64,000 nucleotides of DNA, taken from NCBI GenBank assembly GCA_000004985.1, contig GG738872.1; one strand, given 5' to 3'. Each line of letters opens with the position of its first letter. Position 1 is the first letter of the stretch. Origin of the DNA: Naegleria gruberi (lineage: Eukaryota). The notes beneath the pieces were generated by a model. That model was given only the letters and a program-made list of their open reading frames with translations, searched no databases and was not told the DNA's origin. A program made the position numbers and the translations under genes. Of the stretch, positions 31,501-42,569 are shown in pieces.

Positions 31501-32965
31501 AATCAGATGCCTTAGAGTGAGCTTTAATTTCAATATATTTGAAAATGTGAGGCTTATCAAAGTTGACATCAATGTAGGAATCCATTCCAAAATAGGTACG
31601 AGCTCCATAACCTGCTGATTCATCCAAGAGACCTTGAACAGTGTTGTCATCAGAATAGGAAGTAGAACTGAATTTGAGGCTTGCTGGTTCAATAACGTTG
31701 ACTTCTGTTGTTGTGACAACAGCTTCCTCAATCATTGGTTGAGCTACTGGAGTTGAAACAGGAGTTGACTGAGCAGCGACAACAGGTTGGATTACTGGCG
31801 AAGATGTAACTGAAACAGTTGGTTGCGAAACAACATTTGAAACTGGAGGAGTTGATGGTACATTTGGCTGGATAACAACTTGTTGAACAACAGTTTCAAC
31901 AACTGGAGAAGACACAACTGGAGGTTTAATCTCGCTCTCTACAGGTTTAACTAGTGGTGGAATAATTCCAGTCTTGGTCTTAATTTCTCGATAAGGAGCT
32001 AAAGCATAAACTCTCAACATACCAAAGATAATCTCATCACTTCCTGATCTTAATTCGAATTTCAAATGCTTTATAACAAGTCCGTCCCCACCAAAACTCA
32101 TGGTATTAATATGGCGATTTGGTTTTGGTGTTGGCAACATATCGATTAACTTCCATCCTTCATAATCCTTTGATTTGTAGAACACATCGATATTTTTCAA
32201 ATGAGCAATTTGATTAGAGTCTCCATACTTGATATGTGTCATGTATTCAATATATTTTGCCACATACGGAGCATCAAAACTGAGAATTATATGAGCTTTC
32301 ATAGTTCCAGTTGTTGAATAACCATGATTACCGGTATCATCCAGCAAACCTTCAATAGTGTTGGCAATGCCAGACCAACTACCAATCTTTGATCCGCCAA
32401 TTTTCACAGGTTCAATTACATTGACATCTGGTCCTGTGTATGCTGGTGTGGAAAGAGCTAGCTCTTGCTCTTTTGTATAAACTTGACCTTTCTTAGTAAT
32501 GATTGGAGTAAAAGGAGCAATGGCATAAAATCTGGCCATTCCGATAGCAAAATCATTATTTCCTTTTTTTGATAACCTCCAAAACTTGGCATTGATTCCA
32601 TCACCAAATTCATAGATATGAACAAAGTGACCTCCCTTAACATCGTTGATAGTGAGCACAGGAGTCCATTGATCTGTATCGTTCAACTTGTATGAAAGAT
32701 CAGTTCCGTTCAATCTGTTTGGGCCATCATAACATGCCATATGACACTTAACTTCAAGCTTGGTAAATACATGTGGATGATCGAAATTAACATTGATAAA
32801 TGGATCCATTCCAAAGTATGTAGCAGCACCACATTCTGCACTTTCATCCAACAATCCAGCGACTGTATTGTCACCAATTGAGGAAGATCTACTTATCTTG
32901 AGTGATGATGGGGCAACAACATTGCTTTCCAATAATTGACTACAACTGGAAGGAACAAAAACCAT
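28532..32965 (-). CDS. 1477-aa protein with six tandem F5/8-type-C (discoidin-like, galactose-binding-like) domains, a mucin-like P/S/T/V linker and a distinct about 450-aa C-terminal region
   Basis: About 150-aa repeats each end in A[RK][FY]W[KR][FL]...FGM[LVF][RK]hYAhAPY, reminiscent of ARYVRL...YGC of FA58C domains. Each starts with N.I.GLLD[DE]S..YG. Linker PPVVSSPVVETVVQQVVIQPNVPSTPP. Confidence 0.6.
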   Translation of the reverse strand: MVFVPSSCSQLLESNVVAPSSLKISRSSSIGDNTVAGLLDESAECGAATYFGMDPFINVNFDHPHVFTKLEVKCHMACYDGPNRLNGTDLSYKLNDTDQWTPVLTINDVKGGHFVHIYEFGDGINAKFWRLSKKGNNDFAIGMARFYAIAPFTPIITKKGQVYTKEQELALSTPAYTGPDVNVIEPVKIGGSKIGSWSGIANTIEGLLDDTGNHGYSTTGTMKAHIILSFDAPYVAKYIEYMTHIKYGDSNQIAHLKNIDVFYKSKDYEGWKLIDMLPTPKPNRHINTMSFGGDGLVIKHLKFELRSGSDEIIFGMLRVYALAPYREIKTKTGIIPPLVKPVESEIKPPVVSSPVVETVVQQVVIQPNVPSTPPVSNVVSQPTVSVTSSPVIQPVVAAQSTPVSTPVAQPMIEEAVVTTTEVNVIEPASLKFSSTSYSDDNTVQGLLDESAGYGARTYFGMDSYIDVNFDKPHIFKYIEIKAHSKASDSDLKLNNVKISCKLNSGDQWTNVTTLNGLNGDLHTNTIQLNDLKAQFWRFSKGGMDNVVLGMVRFYGLSPYIPIKTMNGTILRKEEELALMKPSYTGNEINVVAPLRITGSKTDRNDNTIEGLLDDTADYGYTTERVYGSHMILNFDAVYVFKHFEFIACPMYGDSPQRDYLNKVEVHYKVREFEPWIPALTLENVKINRVKNTIQLAGDGVTAKYWKFSRPRGTIERISFGMLRMYALAPYIAYKTKTGEVLTREAELAKYEPQYTGNEINLVAPVSFTSTMLDDYFNNTIPGLLDESGMFGMGTTNTVQPRFSFDFGQVFKFRYMELFAHQNFGFNRGSEFLKDVNVSYKLKESEPWTLFTTIQNVGENGEHTFVKLNGTKARYWKFDRPHSGDVCFGMLKMFAYAPYTPIQNLIGVIPPKKEIGASYLSTYQGTEVNVVPVKLLSSSNPQIGYADNCISGMLDSSCSFGVCAINDLYIHKSSIEIEYEQAHLFKRVEFLTHSLYEKSYQALNVNNVTLYYKVRKEDPWILLTTLNNVKTHPKLNVLQFPQTEEYDGTINDGVKARYWKLERGNGQNIVLGMFRLYALAPYTPIETKYKTIIQENEKLDEQSILGDEKSLIDYYNKFIEQNHKEVIDKPIQTPKPIDPSTLKVYSDSGDSDIRLRIPSLARLSDRHEFFCLLQNIHSQRTVGNEPSFECNFTLTKVYFVNSSSTPLSVTKIMVEYKDSNGNWVAMDGTQAGYNDGVLVLKEDPFSFKIIAVKDYNQVNEVFLDTFNIGAGATLEYFVTSELPCKGLSARMKPADRYLPTCYPNPLQVRLSIEDSKGKKRELEMTYVVPYSNDLPLHTEESFNNVELNGLNDRSVCMVYDTVNRVQAFAYQCMNNQRKFLSLGMAGPKGFLPPKRITMQEIKYNYEVQQQESVLIHSEEILPTFKVTFNLLCDKDNGYRAYATHVIVSSLTGRSEKFFPIRNLMNKIVPLDNDTTRTF

Positions 32966-33581
32966 TTCTCTCTATTTTTTTGTTTTACTTGCTTTTTCAC
33001 CTTAGTCCACATCATCTTCCTTTAAATTGGTCAATAATAACACTAAATAAGTTGGCTTTACGGTTCAAACTGTACAAGAAATGTAGCGCTCCACCTACTG
33101 TGGTAATTAATTTATGCTTTGATCCTTTAATCCCTTAGTAAATTTTCCTCTCCCTGCAGAAATGTAAATAGAAAAGATCATTTCGAAAAGGACTCATCAA
33201 TTGGTGTTACATCAATTCCGTGTTGATTGAGCCATGTAGCACGTTAATTGTTGTAATCATAAATATTATTTGTTAAAGAGAAGCACATTTTTTTCGAAAA
33301 ATAATTAACGGAACTTTTTAGCGTAAATGATTATCATTTACGGAGTTTTGTTATGCATTATGGACGAGATTAGAAAACAACAACACCTCTTTACTTGTTT
33401 ACGCTGTTATGACTTAATTAACAATTGTTTTCCAAATTATACTTTCAGTAAACTTCCCAATTTTAAATAATTTCGAATAGTATGGCAATTAATATTGCAT
33501 CCATTTGTTATTCATCATTAAGGCTTCAACCTATTTTAAAATTTCCCACCAATTTCAATCTACAAATCACAACTCAAAAAA

Positions 33582-34008
33582 ATGGCAGAAGAGACAACTT
33601 CAGCAAATGGCTTTATCACACTCATGACAAATATCCAAGGTAAGAGAAGAAACAAGCCTTTGATAACTTTGATCAAAATTCATCCATTGAACAATAATAA
33701 TAATAGACTTTCTGAGTGAGGCTCATACACTGACTGAAAGGACAACTCGTGAATTGGAGTAAGTTTATTTTAATCAACAGTATTGTTTGATAAAAGGCTT
33801 GGGTTGATTGGTTAATATTAGGGAAATTGAGGAAGACTTTCTCACATTGAAGAGATTTATCCACAACGAATTTGAAAATTGCAATGAAATTCATCAACAA
33901 TTACTACAAGAGACGGAAGTTACTCAATCAAAGATTGCTTGTTTTCTAGAGAATCTTCCCTTGCAAATTACATCTATTGTTTCAATGATGAGTAAGAAAC
34001 AAAGATGA
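33582..34008 (+). CDS. small 3-exon gene encoding an about 105-aa coiled-coil protein. Exons 33582..33639, 33707..33758 and 33822..34008.
   Basis: ATG at 33582. GTAAGA and GTAAGT donors with phase-compatible AG acceptors join into ORF 33808..34008. Confidence 0.4.
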
Positions 34009-34226
34009 TAATTCAACACCTTCATCACAAATAATAAAAACACAAGTCAGACATCTCTTGACTTGACATCGATGCGTCAACCATCAAGTAATATTATTTA
34101 AAAAAATCAACAACAATATTGTCTTGTTGTGATCATCACAGCAAGAAGGAAAAATAACATCATCAAAATATTGGGATTAACATCAAATATTTAAATATTA
34201 TATAATTTGTACAAACAACAATAAGA

Positions 34227-37200
34227 ATGAGTGGTACAAAACAAACGATGAGAAAAGTGAGTGATTCGAATTGGGAAGAAACACAAACACGTGCCTTCAC
34301 AAAGTGGGTCAATTCTCACCTGAAGAAACGTGAAGGTATTGCTCTTGTTGAGAATTTAATCAATGATGTTCAAACTGGTGTTCCAATTTTTGTTCTTTAT
34401 GAAATTATCAGTGGTGAAAAACTTGGTAAAATGTACAACAATCCTGAGAGTAAATTTCACAAGATTGCCAATTTGAATATAGTCATTGATCGTATCAATC
34501 AAGTTGTGGAAACAATGGGTATTAAATTGCAATTCTCAGCTGAACAAGTTTTCAATGGAGAAAAGAGACAAATCTTGGGTTTAATTTGGACTTTAATTTT
34601 GAGATTTCAAATTACAAAAACTTTGGAAATTGGTAAGTTTACAACTTGAGTGTGATATTAATATATCAATTTATTAGAACAACCTATTGTTAAAGTTGAT
34701 ACTCCTCCAGTGAAAGTGGAAAGTAATGAAGAACACAAGGAAGCAGTGCCAGTTGTCGAACCTGTGAAACAACAACATACAACAAAACCTCAAAAGAAGA
34801 CAAATGCTGGTGATAGTGCTAAAATGGAATTATTAAAATGGGTCCAAGAAAAATTGGTTCCATATGCTGGTGAGTTCCTTGTAAAGGATTTCACATCAAG
34901 TTGGCAAGATGGTAAGGCACTTGCTGCTTTGATTAGTACTTTGAAACCAAGAGCACTCAAATATAAAAAGATTGATTTTGTAAATACTACACCATTGGAA
35001 ATTAACAGAGAATCAATTAGAATTGCTGAAGAAGAATTGGATATTCCTGAAATTATTGATCCTGAGGACATTACTGATTCACCAGAAGAACTCTCATTAA
35101 TGACCTATATTTCCTATTTCAGAGATTATGACAGACTTCATCCAGAAGAACAAATTGAAGAAGAGGAAGTTCCTGAGGAACCAGTTGTGGAAATTATTGA
35201 AGATATTCGTCCAGAAATTGATCCATCAAAATGTATTGCTGAAGGTCCAGCTTTTGATGAATCAAATCCACCAATTCCAGGTCAACCAACTCATTTCACA
35301 ATTGTCACCTATGATGAAGAAGGGAACAAATATATTCCAAAGAGTACTGAAGATGATGAAAATCAAATTACTGTCAACTTATTCAGTCCATACGTTTCCG
35401 AAGAAATTCCAGAACCTGACATTAAGAATAATGGTGATGGTACCTATGATGTTTCATTTGTAGTTCCAGTTGGAGCTAAGGATTTGAAGGCACTTATTGT
35501 TGTCAATGGTGAAAGTATTCAAGGTACTCCTCACTCTGTTCCAAATGCTTCAATCTTTGATCCTGCCAAGAGTATTGTTGTTGGTGAAGGCGTTCAACCT
35601 TATAATTTATATGTTGACGAAATTACTGACTTTGTTGTGGAATGTAGAGATACTAATGGAGCTAACATTTTACAAAGTGTTCCAGATTTGCAATTTGATC
35701 TTGTCTTGAAGGATACTGATACTGGTAATGAGTACCCAGTTAAAGCTCAACAAGTTGACAATGCTGATGGTACATATACAATCAGCTATGTTCCTGATTG
35801 CCCATCTGGTTCTTATGAACTCTCTGTTTTGACAAACAAAGGAGAAAAAGTAGGAAATTCTCCATTTGATGTTACCTTCCAACAAAAAGTCATGCCAGCA
35901 CAATGCGTTGCCAAAGGTAATGGTATTTTGCCTTTCGGTTTAAAGACTGGTGTTGCCACTAGTTTCACAATTGAAATTAATGATAAGAATGGTAAAATTA
36001 TTCCATATGCCGATGAAGAAATTTTAGTTGATATTTTGAGTGGAGATGAACTTGTTGAACCAAGTGACTATTTCTTAACTGTTACCAATAATCAAAATGG
36101 TACCTATACTGTTAATTACAAACCAAAGAAAGCTGGAACTCACTTCATTTCTGTAAAGTGTAATGATGAAAATATTTCACAAAGTCCATTCAAGGTAGAA
36201 ATTTCAACTCTTCCTTCTGCTCCAAACTCTAAACTCAAACTTGTTTCAGTTAAATCATTGCCAAACTTGATTGAACAAGAAATTGACCTTAAGGCTCTCG
36301 ACTCATTTGGTGTTAAAACAGCAAAGAATTGCAAGTTGGTTGCCTTAGTTGAAGATGATGATGGAAATCTCATTCCAGCAACTATTGTTCCAGGTGAAGA
36401 TGATAAACTCAAGGTTGTCTTCAAGCCAACCAAAGCTGGACAAAAGTACAAGACCAAGATTCTCATGGATGGCGTTCCAGTTGGTGATAGTTTCACTGTT
36501 CAACACAAACCAATTTTATCTTGTCCTTTGACAAGAGTTTTCGGTCCTGGATTGAATGGAGCTGATTTATTCTCCAAGGATAGCGTTCCTGCCATGTTCA
36601 AGATCAAATCAATTGACAATAATCGTAATCCATACCTTCAATCAAACTTGCAACCAGTCAAGGCCTCAGCAAAGAAACTCAAGAGACTTGCCAAAAGTAT
36701 TTTCAAAGAACCAGATTATTTTACAGATTTGTTGAATCCACAATATGATTTACAATTAGATGATGAATCAGTAGTTGAATCTATTGACTTTTCTAAATCA
36801 GTTGATCTTGATGAAGTTAGACCAGCATTGGAAAGACACATCAAGGCAACACCTTTCAAGGTTATTGTTAAAAATGAAAACACTGGAGAAGATATTCCAG
36901 CTATTGTTTTCAATACAGCCCCAGCCGAATATACAGTCTTTTACAATCCAACTACGGCTGGCCCTATTTCTATTAGTGTTGTTGATAAGAAAGATCAACA
37001 TCCAGTTGCTGACAGCCCATACCAAGCTTTCGTTACTGAAGGAGTCAACCCAATGCTTTGCCAAGTTAAGGGTCCAGCATTGTTGAAGGCTTACAAGGGA
37101 AGACCAACCTATCTCACTATTCTTCCAAGAGATGCCAACAATTCACCAATTTCTGTTGGTGGACACGAATTTTATGCCAATCTTGCTGATAATAATGGAG

Positions 37201-37997
37201 TTTCATGTATTGTACCACTAACAATTGTAGATAATAATAATGGTACCTATGATGTTAAATTCACTCCTCAAGCTAAGGGAAAACATTTGATTTCAATCAA
37301 GCATGATGGCCAAGATCTCAAAGATTCACCATTTCCAATCTTTGTCAGAGATGATGAGTTTGCTCCATATGCCAAGAATTGTCAAGTATTTGACAATCCA
37401 TCCAAGATGAAGACTACCAAACCACGTCACTTCTTTGTACAAATGAAGGATAAGGATAATAATCCAATTCTCTCTGGTGGTGATCCTCTCAAGGCCACGC
37501 TCAAGACACCTGAAGGAAAGCTCGTTCAACACCTTGCAGTCATTGATCCAAACACTGGTAAATATAAGATTCCACTCAATCCTAAGGTTCCAGGTAAATA
37601 TATTGTAACTTGTTCACTGGGTGATGAAGAAGATGGAGGTGAAGTCATTTCAGGTTCTCCATTCCATCTCAATGTTACACCTGGCATTTCACCATTGAAG
37701 ACTGAAATTGGTGATTGGGAATTTGACATTCAAACAGCTCAAGACAATGAACCAGAGGACTTATTCATCAAGATTAAATCACCATCTGGAAAAGTCATCT
37801 CACCAACCATCATCAAGTGTCCAAGACCTGAAAATCATCAACCAAATGATGATGACGAATACTCGAAAGGAGACAGATTCAAACTTATTATCAGAACTAC
37901 AGAAGTTGAAAAGGGAGACTACTTGATCTATGCTAATATTTGTGGATACCCAGTAAAGGGATCACCATTCAAGCAAACTCTAGATGTTAGATGTTAA
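34227..37997 (+). CDS. filamin/ABP-120 (gelation factor)-like actin cross-linker with tandem calponin-homology domains and multiple filamin Ig-like repeats. Two exons: 34227..34632 and 34678..37997.
   Basis: CH1 is WEETQTRAFTKWVNSHL...LIWTLILRFQI. A GTAAGT...TTAG intron of 45 nt follows. CH2 is LLKWVQEKL...SWQDGKALAALI. Then about 9 repeats of the filamin type (C.A.G.G...G.....F.V.T..AG.G.........G). Confidence 0.8.
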
Positions 37998-38266
37998 TAA
38001 ATATGAAATGCTTAATTTAATTCAACAATTCCGAACACTTTCATGGGTTTTACACAATTAAGAACCAATTTTTACACCATTTCATTTTGTATTAAGGTAA
38101 ATTCAAATTTTCATTTTTTTTGAGAAGATTTAATTTTGGCGGCAAACTTTTCTCAATTCTAAATGTGAGATTTGTCCCAACTTGAACCTCATCCTCAGAA
38201 CTGTTGGTTAATTTGCCTGTTTTGATCCTCTTACACCAACTGGTCTGGGATTAAAACTTAAAAAAA

Positions 38267-39328
38267 ATGGCACTATTGCAATCATTATCCACACCACCAG
38301 TATTGTTATCGCTTGGTGTCGTGGGTGCTTCTGCAGTTTATTGGGGTAGAAAATTCTTCCTTGGTACTTACTGCCCCGATCACTTAAAACAAGGAAACTT
38401 GAAAGGACAAGTTGTGCTAGTGACTGGAGCTAGTAAAGGAGGGATTGGATATGAAACTGTCAAGGCATTGTATTTAATGGGAGCTACTGTTGTGATGGCC
38501 GTCAGAGATGTTTCCAGAAGTGAAAAAGAAAAGAAAGAATTAGAAATTGAAAGTGAAAGTTCAACAGTCAAAGGTCAATTAATTGTAATGAAAGTTGAAC
38601 TAGATGATTTGGAATCTGTGAGAGAATTTTCAAAAGAATTCCTATCCAAATTCGATAGATTAGATATTCTAGTCAATAATGCAGGAATTGGTGGAATGAC
38701 AGGTATTTCCAAACAAGGAATTGAAATTGCATTTTCAGTGAACCATCTCTCTCACTTTTTAATAGTTCATTATTTGAGACAACTCATTATTGATACCAGT
38801 ATTAAATATTCAAAGGAATGCAAGATTATTAATGTGAGCAGTATGGCACATGCTTATGCCAAGAGTTTGAAGTTTACAAAAGATGAAATTTCAATGAGTG
38901 ATACTTCAGTGAATGCTTATGGACAATCAAAGCTTTGTAATGTTTTGTTTACAAAGTCATTGGCTAGACAGTTGGAAAATACTAAAATTGGATGCTATTG
39001 TCTTCATCCAGGTAAGTTATTTCATTTTCCATCATTATTCATTTTTGGAAATTATTGAACTGTAGGTGCTGTGAATACCAATGTGTTTAGACATTTACCA
39101 TATTATGTTTCACTTGTGTTGAATGGATTGAAATGGTACTTTTTCAAAACACCTGAAAGTGGAGCCCAAACTCAAATCTATCTTGCTTTGGAAAAGATGG
39201 AAAAACTCTCATCTGGATCTTATTATGATGATTGTAAGAAAGCAAATGAATATGAATTATCAAAGAGTGTTGAACTTCAAGATCAATTGTGGAATTTGAG
39301 TGAAGAATTGATCAAGGATTTTATTTAA
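38267..39328 (+). CDS. short-chain dehydrogenase/reductase (retinol-dehydrogenase/WWOX-like). Two exons: 38267..39011 and 39066..39328.
   Basis: TGASKGIG Rossmann motif, NNAG, and catalytic S...YxxSK (YGQSKLCNV). GTAAGT...TGTAG intron of 54 nt. LHPG|AVNTN. Confidence 0.8.
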
Positions 39329-39358
39329 CAGTTTACCTTAAGTAAATATTAAGGTTGA

Positions 39359-40318
39359 TTAGATCTTTAATTTCTTATTTATTGAATTATTAAAAGCATC
39401 CAAGACATCAGTATCATTTCTCAATTCTTCATTCTCAATATGATCATATTCCACTTGATTTCTCCTCACTGCCTTGACAACAATTTCCTTATCATTTCTC
39501 AATGTTTTGTCGATGAATGTTAAAATTGGTGGTACAACACGATTTCTTACTTTGTACCTATCCATTACTTTCAATATCACTTCCTTATCTTTAAAATATC
39601 TTTCATAATATCGACTAAATGACTCATACTTGTAATAAATTAGAATTTGTTTTTCCATTTCTGGATTAGATCTAATACTGTTACATTGATTGTCAAAAGA
39701 TATGAATGATCTAGTAATTAATTGAATATTGAATTCCAAATCCATTTTCAATTCGGTTGGAATCATTTTATAATTCCAATCAGTTACACATTTAAGCATG
39801 AATGAAGTGTCATGTTTCAGCTCTTTACTGACATATCTCATGGCATATGAGTTTACTTTGATAGCTGCCATGACAACCTGTCTATCATTTCTAAGTTCCT
39901 GATTGGCATATTTCAATACATATCCATTTAGTTTACATGCCTTTAGAATAATTTCCTTCATATTTCTGTATTTCATTGGCAATCTTTTAAAATACCAAAT
40001 TTCTTCATTTTCAGCTTCCAATAAATAATAAACAATAGAATAATATGTTAAATATTCGGATGGAATTTGTTGAAATTTAACTTGTTTCGTTTTAATTAGT
40101 TTTATCAAATTTTGTGCTTCGTCAAGTTTATTTCGGAGCAAATTGGTTAGTAGTTGATTAGTATTACTACCATTGCTACTATCCATCCACAAATCAATTA
40201 GAATTACCTTTACACTCATTTTTTTCTTTTTTAACTTTCGAATAATTTCCAATCCTATTAATTTCTTATCATTTCTCAATTCTTTAATTTTGAATTCAAG
40301 ATTGCATGTAAGTTTCAA
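39359..40318 (-). CDS. DUF4116-repeat protein
   Basis: Repeated LRNDKEIVVKAV / LRNDRQVVMAAIKVNSYAMRYVSKEL units. The ORF has no ATG at its 5' end (first in-frame Met is MSVKV). A degenerate extra repeat copy lies upstream. Confidence 0.5.
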   Translation of the reverse strand: MKLTCNLEFKIKELRNDKKLIGLEIIRKLKKKKMSVKVILIDLWMDSSNGSNTNQLLTNLLRNKLDEAQNLIKLIKTKQVKFQQIPSEYLTYYSIVYYLLEAENEEIWYFKRLPMKYRNMKEIILKACKLNGYVLKYANQELRNDRQVVMAAIKVNSYAMRYVSKELKHDTSFMLKCVTDWNYKMIPTELKMDLEFNIQLITRSFISFDNQCNSIRSNPEMEKQILIYYKYESFSRYYERYFKDKEVILKVMDRYKVRNRVVPPILTFIDKTLRNDKEIVVKAVRRNQVEYDHIENEELRNDTDVLDAFNNSINKKLKI

Positions 40319-40681
40319 TTCATTTTTTGCTTTTCCAATTATTCACACTCAAGAAGTGTCAGATCTCAATTCTTTACTGACATATCAAAATTCCTATGAT
40401 GAAGGATTTACTAGTTGATATTATTCTAATCTTAAATACTAATCAATTAGTTCTCTATTTTCGATTAAATAACAAATGATTTCAGTTTGTCAATAGTCGG
40501 TTAAATATTGGAAGGAATTATTTGTTGGAATTTAACTTGATTTACTAGTTTCGTATACTTGTGCAATTCTTAAAGAATAATTAATTGTATAGTTTAGGTC
40601 ATTATACACAACTTCCTAATCAATTTGATCATCACATAAACTTTCGAATAAAAACTTTCTAATAATTTTAATAAATTTAAT

Positions 40682-41119
40682 TTAAAGGAAATTAACAGCA
40701 AGCATTGCTATTACTGCAGGAATTGTTTGTACAAAAAGAATCTTTCTACTGGCAGTTGCAGCTCCAAACAAACCAGCAACTCCAACACATGACAAGAAGA
40801 ACATTTGCAATTCATAATTGAAAGATTTTGAAAATAATGACCAAACTAAACCAGCACCCAAGAATCCATTATAAAGTCCTTGATTGGCAGCCAAAACTTT
40901 AGTTTGTTCTGCAAAGGTTTCGGTTAGATTAAATGCCTTTCGTCCACGAGGAGTATTCCACATGAACATTTCCAAGGCCATAATGTAGAAATGCAACAAG
41001 CCAACACCACCCACTAAACATTGAGGAATCAATGACGACATTTTTTTATAATTGTTGTGATTCTTGTTATCGCTTGCAAGTTTTTGAAATTGTTTAGGAG
41101 CGGAAGAATATTTCCGCAA
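40682..41119 (-). CDS. small polytopic membrane protein of the bacterial-type DUF1304 family. Probable start at the second Met, about 41041.
   Basis: LHFYIMALEMFMWNTPRGRKAFNLTETFAEQTKVLAANQGLYNGFLGAGL matches, as far as I recall it, the DUF1304 signature. Four hydrophobic segments. Confidence 0.5.
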   Translation of the reverse strand: MRKYSSAPKQFQKLASDNKNHNNYKKMSSLIPQCLVGGVGLLHFYIMALEMFMWNTPRGRKAFNLTETFAEQTKVLAANQGLYNGFLGAGLVWSLFSKSFNYELQMFFLSCVGVAGLFGAATASRKILFVQTIPAVIAMLAVNFL

Positions 41120-41365
41120 TCAAGATTACCATTTTTGATCCTAAGGCATATTCACAGTCCTGCCACAAGAATGCTCCGTAATTACGGTTGTTGCAGTTGT
41201 GGAGTTGAGCTTTTGAATTTTCCTATGTTGTTTTCCTGTGTTATTTGATTTTGTAATATTAAATATTTTCAATAAATAGTTTTAATAATTAGTAATATAG
41301 TTGTTAGAGAATGTTAGAGCTGTTTGTTGTGAATTTGATATTTAAGGGAATTAAAGTGTTAGGAA

Positions 41366-42445
41366 TTATCCTTCTACTTTCCAAACTAAAATATCTTGAT
41401 TATCTTTACAAAGGGAATATACATATTTGTAAACATTTTCAATGGTTTCAATTTCGTATGGTTCTTTTAGTTTACTGTCATGATTGAACCACAATTCTCG
41501 TTCTTCATTGAGAATGATTTTACCAACTGCCCACCAATGTCCAGAAGCAGGTCTCCTCTCTACCTGTCTCTTTGATGCAAAGAATGGCAGACAACCTCCT
41601 CCACCCACCTGTACATAATATTGTTGATTGAAAAGAAGGCCAACCATCTTGGGATCTTTCAAATTCCACAAATCATTTGATAAATTATTCTCATTCAATT
41701 CACTTGGTTTTAAATTGTGTAATTTCATTTGTTTCTGTGTCAGTATACTTTCAACAACTTCATATGAATAATTTCCAAAACTTCCCAATAGTAGAATCTT
41801 CTTTTTATGATAATTTGACATGCTCTTCTTTTTAAACCATCGACTCAATCTACTTGATGAACTATCAAAACTTCCATAATATAATTCTCTCTCAGTATTG
41901 AATATACAATCAGCCACTTTATCAAACTCGTTAGTTTCCAACTTTTGTTGTAATAAATTATTAATTGAATGTTTGGCACATAATTGTCTCTTTTGTTTCT
42001 CGTGAATTAATTCAGTTTTACAGCTAGATCTCGGAGCAATACTTTGTAACAAGTAAGTAGTACTAACACAACAACTACTTCCCAAACCATATTGATTCAT
42101 CAATGGTTTATGCAATGGTAAATTAAATTCCTCCTTACTTTCATCATGACGTTCCGAAATGCTTTCATCATGATGATCATCCTTTCCATGATTAGGTTCC
42201 TCCACAATATTCAATGGTGATGATGATTTAAATTCATAACTAGCACCACCAACACTATCATTATTAGTAGTAGTACCATAGGAAGAAATACCATTCGTGC
42301 GATGAGATTGAACTGTTGATGATGAAGAAGATAAATAATGTTGAGGATCAATTAATTTATCAACCGATGATGCAACCACATTGGATTGTTCATCATCATC
42401 AGCATTGCTAAAATCACTTGTTATGGATGAACGTTGTTTAATCAT
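41366..42445 (-). CDS. Josephin-domain (ataxin-3-like) deubiquitinase
   Basis: HEKQKRQLCAKHSINNLLQ matches the catalytic Cys motif QxxxLCAQHxLNNLLQ. GHWWAVGKI...WFNHDSKL matches the His region EHWFTVRKLGKQWFNLNS. Confidence 0.6.
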   Translation of the reverse strand: MIKQRSSITSDFSNADDDEQSNVVASSVDKLIDPQHYLSSSSSTVQSHRTNGISSYGTTTNNDSVGGASYEFKSSSPLNIVEEPNHGKDDHHDESISERHDESKEEFNLPLHKPLMNQYGLGSSCCVSTTYLLQSIAPRSSCKTELIHEKQKRQLCAKHSINNLLQQKLETNEFDKVADCIFNTERELYYGSFDSSSSRLSRWFKKKSMSNYHKKKILLLGSFGNYSYEVVESILTQKQMKLHNLKPSELNENNLSNDLWNLKDPKMVGLLFNQQYYVQVGGGGCLPFFASKRQVERRPASGHWWAVGKIILNEERELWFNHDSKLKEPYEIETIENVYKYVYSLCKDNQDILVWKVEG

Positions 42446-42569
42446 TTTTTTATAATTCTAAAGAAAGTTTTCAACGTTTAGAATTTTGAAATACAAAGCT
42501 CTCAATCTAAATATATAATTGGAGAAGGTTTAGTTTGTTGTTTGGATAGTATTTAATGGATAGTAGTAG

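Noticed and set aside
34710-37997. ORF 34710 start (GTG) as the filamin start
   Set aside because: The upstream exon 34227..34632 encodes the first calponin-homology domain and splices in phase (GTAAGT...TTAG) to this ORF, giving the canonical tandem CH + filamin-repeat architecture.
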